From positions 151,159 through 215,158 of the forward strand of contig JAGWAR010000001.1 of NCBI GenBank assembly GCA_021296325.1: a DNA stretch of 64,000 nucleotides, read 5' to 3'. The notes under the pieces were generated by a model. That model was not told the DNA's origin. It saw nothing but the letters and a program-made list of their open reading frames with translations, and searched no databases. Position numbers and translations under genes: made by a program. Of the stretch, positions 62,525 to 64,000 are shown in pieces (position 1 is the stretch's first letter; each line of letters begins with the position of its first letter). This stretch comes from Alphaproteobacteria bacterium (GTDB lineage: Bacteria > Pseudomonadota > Alphaproteobacteria > GCA-2746255).

Positions 62525-63244
62525 ATGATCCCGATTCGCGACGACAATCCGACGACGCTGCGCCCCCTCGTGACGATCGGGCTGATCGGGGTTTGCGTTC
62601 TCGTCTTTCTCTGGCAGATCGGTCAGCCGGCGGAACAGCAGGAACGGATTTTCTACGCGCTTGGGCTGATCCCGGCCGTGTTGTTCGGCCATGCCGAACT
62701 GCCGCCGGAGCTCGTCACCGTTTCGTCCTCGATGACGGTGCTGACCTCGATGTTCCTGCATGGCGGCTTCCTCCACCTTGCCGGCAACATGCTGTACCTC
62801 TGGATTTTCGGAAACAACGTCGAGGACGCCATGGGCCATGGCCGCTTCGTCGCCTTCTACGTGCTTTGCGGCATTGCCGCGGCGTTGACGCAAGGCATGC
62901 TGAACCCGGAATCGACCGTGCCGATGGTGGGGGCGAGCGGCGCCATCGGCGGCGTGCTCGGCGCCTATCTGCTGCTGCATCCACGGGCGATCATCTGGAT
63001 CGTTGTGCCGATCTTCTTCTACCTGCACGTCATGCGCGTGCCGGCCTTCGTCATGCTGGGCCTTTGGTTCCTGATGCAGTTCCTGAGCACGGCGATGATG
63101 GAGGGAAGCGGCGGCGGTGTCGCCTATGGCGCCCATGTCGGCGGCTTCGTGGCCGGGATGATCCTGATTCCGTTTTTCCGCTATCCGGAGGTGCCGCTGC
63201 TGAACCGGGGGCCGGCGGGGCCACGCCGGGGACCCTGGGGCTAG
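62525..63244 (+). CDS. Rhomboid family intramembrane serine protease
   Basis: 239 aa with 6 TM helices, catalytic GASGAIGG (Ser) and His in AHVGGF. Confidence 0.85.
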   Translation: MIPIRDDNPTTLRPLVTIGLIGVCVLVFLWQIGQPAEQQERIFYALGLIPAVLFGHAELPPELVTVSSSMTVLTSMFLHGGFLHLAGNMLYLWIFGNNVEDAMGHGRFVAFYVLCGIAAALTQGMLNPESTVPMVGASGAIGGVLGAYLLLHPRAIIWIVVPIFFYLHVMRVPAFVMLGLWFLMQFLSTAMMEGSGGGVAYGAHVGGFVAGMILIPFFRYPEVPLLNRGPAGPRRGPWG

Positions 63245-63247
63245 GGC

Positions 63248-64000
63248 CTAGCCGAACAATCCCCAGAACATGCGAAGCGAAGTTGCCACCAGGAAGCACG
63301 CGAAGGCGACCTTCAGGGTGCGCGCACCGACCCGGTGGGCGAGCCGCACCCCGAAGGGGGTGGCGAAGATGGTTCCCAGCGAAATCAGCGCGAAGGCGGG
63401 CAGGCTCACGTAACCCAGCGAATGGTCCGGGCGCAGCGGCACGTCCAGGCCCGCGATCGCAAAGACGGCGGCCCCCGGCACGCCGATGATGAGCCCGATC
63501 GCCGCCGCCGTGCCGACGGCGCGGGCCATCGGATAGCCGAAGGCGGCGAGGTAGGGCACGCTCATCGTGCCGCCGCCGATGCCGATCATCGCCGAAATGC
63601 CGCCGATGACGGCGCCTGCCGCCTGCAGGCGAGGCCCGGAAGGCAGCCGGTCGGCCAGGCGAAAATCCTCATGCCCGAAGAAAAGGTGCAGCGCGACCAG
63701 CAGGGCGAGCGTCGCAAACGCGCCGGTCAGCACCCGGCCTTCCGCAAAGCCGCCGAGGCTGGCTCCCGCCACGACGCCCAGGAAGATCGCCACGCCCCAG
63801 CGTTTCAGCAAATCCCGGTCGACCCCACCGCGACGGTGGTGGCCGATGGCCGAAACGCTTGCCGTCACCAGGAAGGTCGCCAGTGAAGTGCCGACCGCAA
63901 GGTGCATGCGCACCTGTTCGTCGATTCCGATCGCCCCGAACAGGAGATAAAGGACCGGCACGATGACGATGCCACCGCCGACGCCAAGAAACCCGGCGAC
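63248..64000 (-). CDS. TauE/SafE family sulfite/anion exporter (partial; N-terminus beyond window end)
   Basis: Multi-TM protein with a 4+4 repeat. The reverse translation continues without a stop to position 64000 (LGVGGGIVIVPVLYLL is a typical TauE N-terminus), so the gene is truncated by the window. Confidence 0.75.
   Translation of the reverse strand, partial: VAGFLGVGGGIVIVPVLYLLFGAIGIDEQVRMHLAVGTSLATFLVTASVSAIGHHRRGGVDRDLLKRWGVAIFLGVVAGASLGGFAEGRVLTGAFATLALLVALHLFFGHEDFRLADRLPSGPRLQAAGAVIGGISAMIGIGGGTMSVPYLAAFGYPMARAVGTAAAIGLIIGVPGAAVFAIAGLDVPLRPDHSLGYVSLPAFALISLGTIFATPFGVRLAHRVGARTLKVAFACFLVATSLRMFWGLFG

Overview
High-GC (about 65%) chromosomal segment that looks like the origin-proximal housekeeping block of an alphaproteobacterium (Rhodospirillales/Rhizobiales type). 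Almost every base is covered by well-conserved core genes. In order: hrcA-grpE-dnaK(5' part), rph-rdgB-hemW, lpoA/rsmI-yraN-BON-gshB-comM, the his operon (hisB-DUF2628-hisH-hisA-hisF-hisE-HIT), hslVU, a lutABC-smr-HTH array, mltA, tim44-like, fxsA, secB, dnaQ-coaE-aroE-maf-DUF299, then hemE-hemH-hemJ, rho, a detox cluster (qor, dlh, ogt, yyaL), fdx-mnmE-mnmG-rsmG-parA-parB, holA-lptE-leuS, yggS, an orphan OmpR-type response regulator, xth, lolA-ftsK, glnK-amtB, ubiH, trm112, tRNA-Gly(GCC), typA, a rhomboid protease and a partial tauE. I found no mobile elements, CRISPR arrays, defence islands or foreign-GC segments. The most notable sequence-level observations are: (1) the 307-bp AT-richer DUF299-hemE intergenic region carries a perfect DnaA box inside a palindrome and matches the conserved Caulobacter/Rickettsia origin context (hemE-Cori-DUF299-maf-aroE-coaE-dnaQ), so it is a candidate oriC; (2) a perfect 16-bp parS palindrome lies inside the rsmG coding sequence just upstream of parAB; (3) several compact co-directional arrays with overlapping stop/start codons (lutA-lutB-lutC-smr-HTH; fdx-mnmE-mnmG-rsmG-parAB); (4) an orphan response regulator next to an uncharacterised protein, with a hairpin/T-tract element in its leader. 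I do not see a convincing novel multi-gene system and say so explicitly. Note that the ORF track reports GTG/TTG starts as M. Start coordinates were adjusted by homology where an N-terminal extension was implausible.
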